Translations under genes and position numbers: made by a program
Shown here: positions 4,923 through 5,026 of the stretch, in pieces
Position numbering within the stretch: position 1 is the stretch's first letter
Layout: every line of letters starts with the position of its first letter
The notes under the pieces: generated by a model
What the model saw: the letters and a program-made list of their open reading frames with translations, nothing else
Database searches by the model: none
Told to the model about the DNA's origin: nothing
Virus record (IMG/VR): IMGVR_UViG_3300000116_000005
Span: 1-5,026 of that record
Origin: a virus
Direction: 5' to 3' (one strand)
DNA length: 5,026 nucleotides

Positions 4923-5026
4923 AATGTTTCTGCGTTTATAATATTATTTAATAATCGGCGATTGTCTGATTCTTTTGCTTGTCCCCATTTAAGCACCTCG
5001 CCGTTATAATGCTTATCTAGGGTTTT
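4919..5026 (-). CDS. VP4: C-terminal end of the same Rep/VP4 gene across the circular junction (4984-5026 duplicates 1-43).
   Basis: The frame continues ...GEVLKW|GQAKESDNRRLLNNIINAETL and ends in TGA at 4919-4921. The joined protein is 317 aa. The Rep stop overlaps the VP1 start in an ATGA arrangement (VP1 ATG at 4922-4920). Confidence 0.9.
   Translation of the reverse strand, partial: KTLDKHYNGEVLKWGQAKESDNRRLLNNIINAETL
4984..5026. repeat. Terminal redundancy, copy B (identical to 1-43).
   Basis: Exact 43-nt match to the start of the window, at an offset of 4983 nt. Confidence 0.97.

Larger units (their letters stand above)
1..4983 (-). other. One complete unit of a circular Microviridae (gokushovirus-like) genome, 4983 nt, with all genes on the minus strand.
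   Basis: The size is typical of microviruses. The full core gene set is present (VP1 capsid, VP2 pilot, VP3-like scaffold, VP4 Rep, small basic peptide). Genes are tightly packed with ATGA-type overlaps, and there is a single sizeable intergenic region. Confidence 0.9.

Noticed and set aside
1-5026. Alternative genetic code with TGA read as Trp, as in the Spiroplasma microvirus SpV4.
   Set aside because: Trp is encoded by TGG throughout, for example in IIWDEWKDF of VP1. TGA terminates Rep, the basic peptide and the DUF5675-like ORF at sensible, tightly packed gene boundaries.
1-5026. tRNA, rRNA, a CRISPR array, an integrase or transposase, or a toxin-antitoxin or defence system.
   Set aside because: I saw no cloverleaf-like or spaced-repeat structure. 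All the coding space is accounted for by the microvirus genes listed above.

Overview
The window is one complete, circularly permuted genome of a small ssDNA phage of the family Microviridae. It is gokushovirus-like rather than phiX174-like. Positions 1-43 recur exactly at 4984-5026, so the contig closes on itself with a unit length of 4983 nt.

Every credible gene lies on the minus strand. The given strand is visibly T-rich and is the complement of the coding strand. By eye the G+C content is roughly one third.

Gene order in the coding direction is:
- Rep/VP4 (889->1, continuing across the junction 4983->4919; 317 aa when joined)
- major capsid VP1 (4922->3294)
- a 77-aa orphan ORF
- a VP3-like scaffolding protein
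- a 295-nt structured intergenic region
- a 151-aa accessory gene resembling DUF5675
- the VP2 pilot/minor capsid protein
- a 30-aa arginine-rich peptide
- Rep again

Two real genes are missing from the supplied ORF track. Rep is missing because it runs off the window edge. The 30-aa basic peptide is missing because it is too short.

The items most worth follow-up are:
- the non-core DUF5675-like gene, which carries a His...Gly-Cys motif
- an 11-bp hairpin in the intergenic region whose loop, read on the coding strand, matches 11 of 13 nt of the phiX174 origin nick sequence (CAACTTG^ATATTA)
- a dif-like (XerC/XerD-type) 28-mer in the same region, which would suggest capacity for integration
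- a textbook intrinsic terminator just after VP3

All family assignments come from motif recognition by eye and from memory. No database search was possible.
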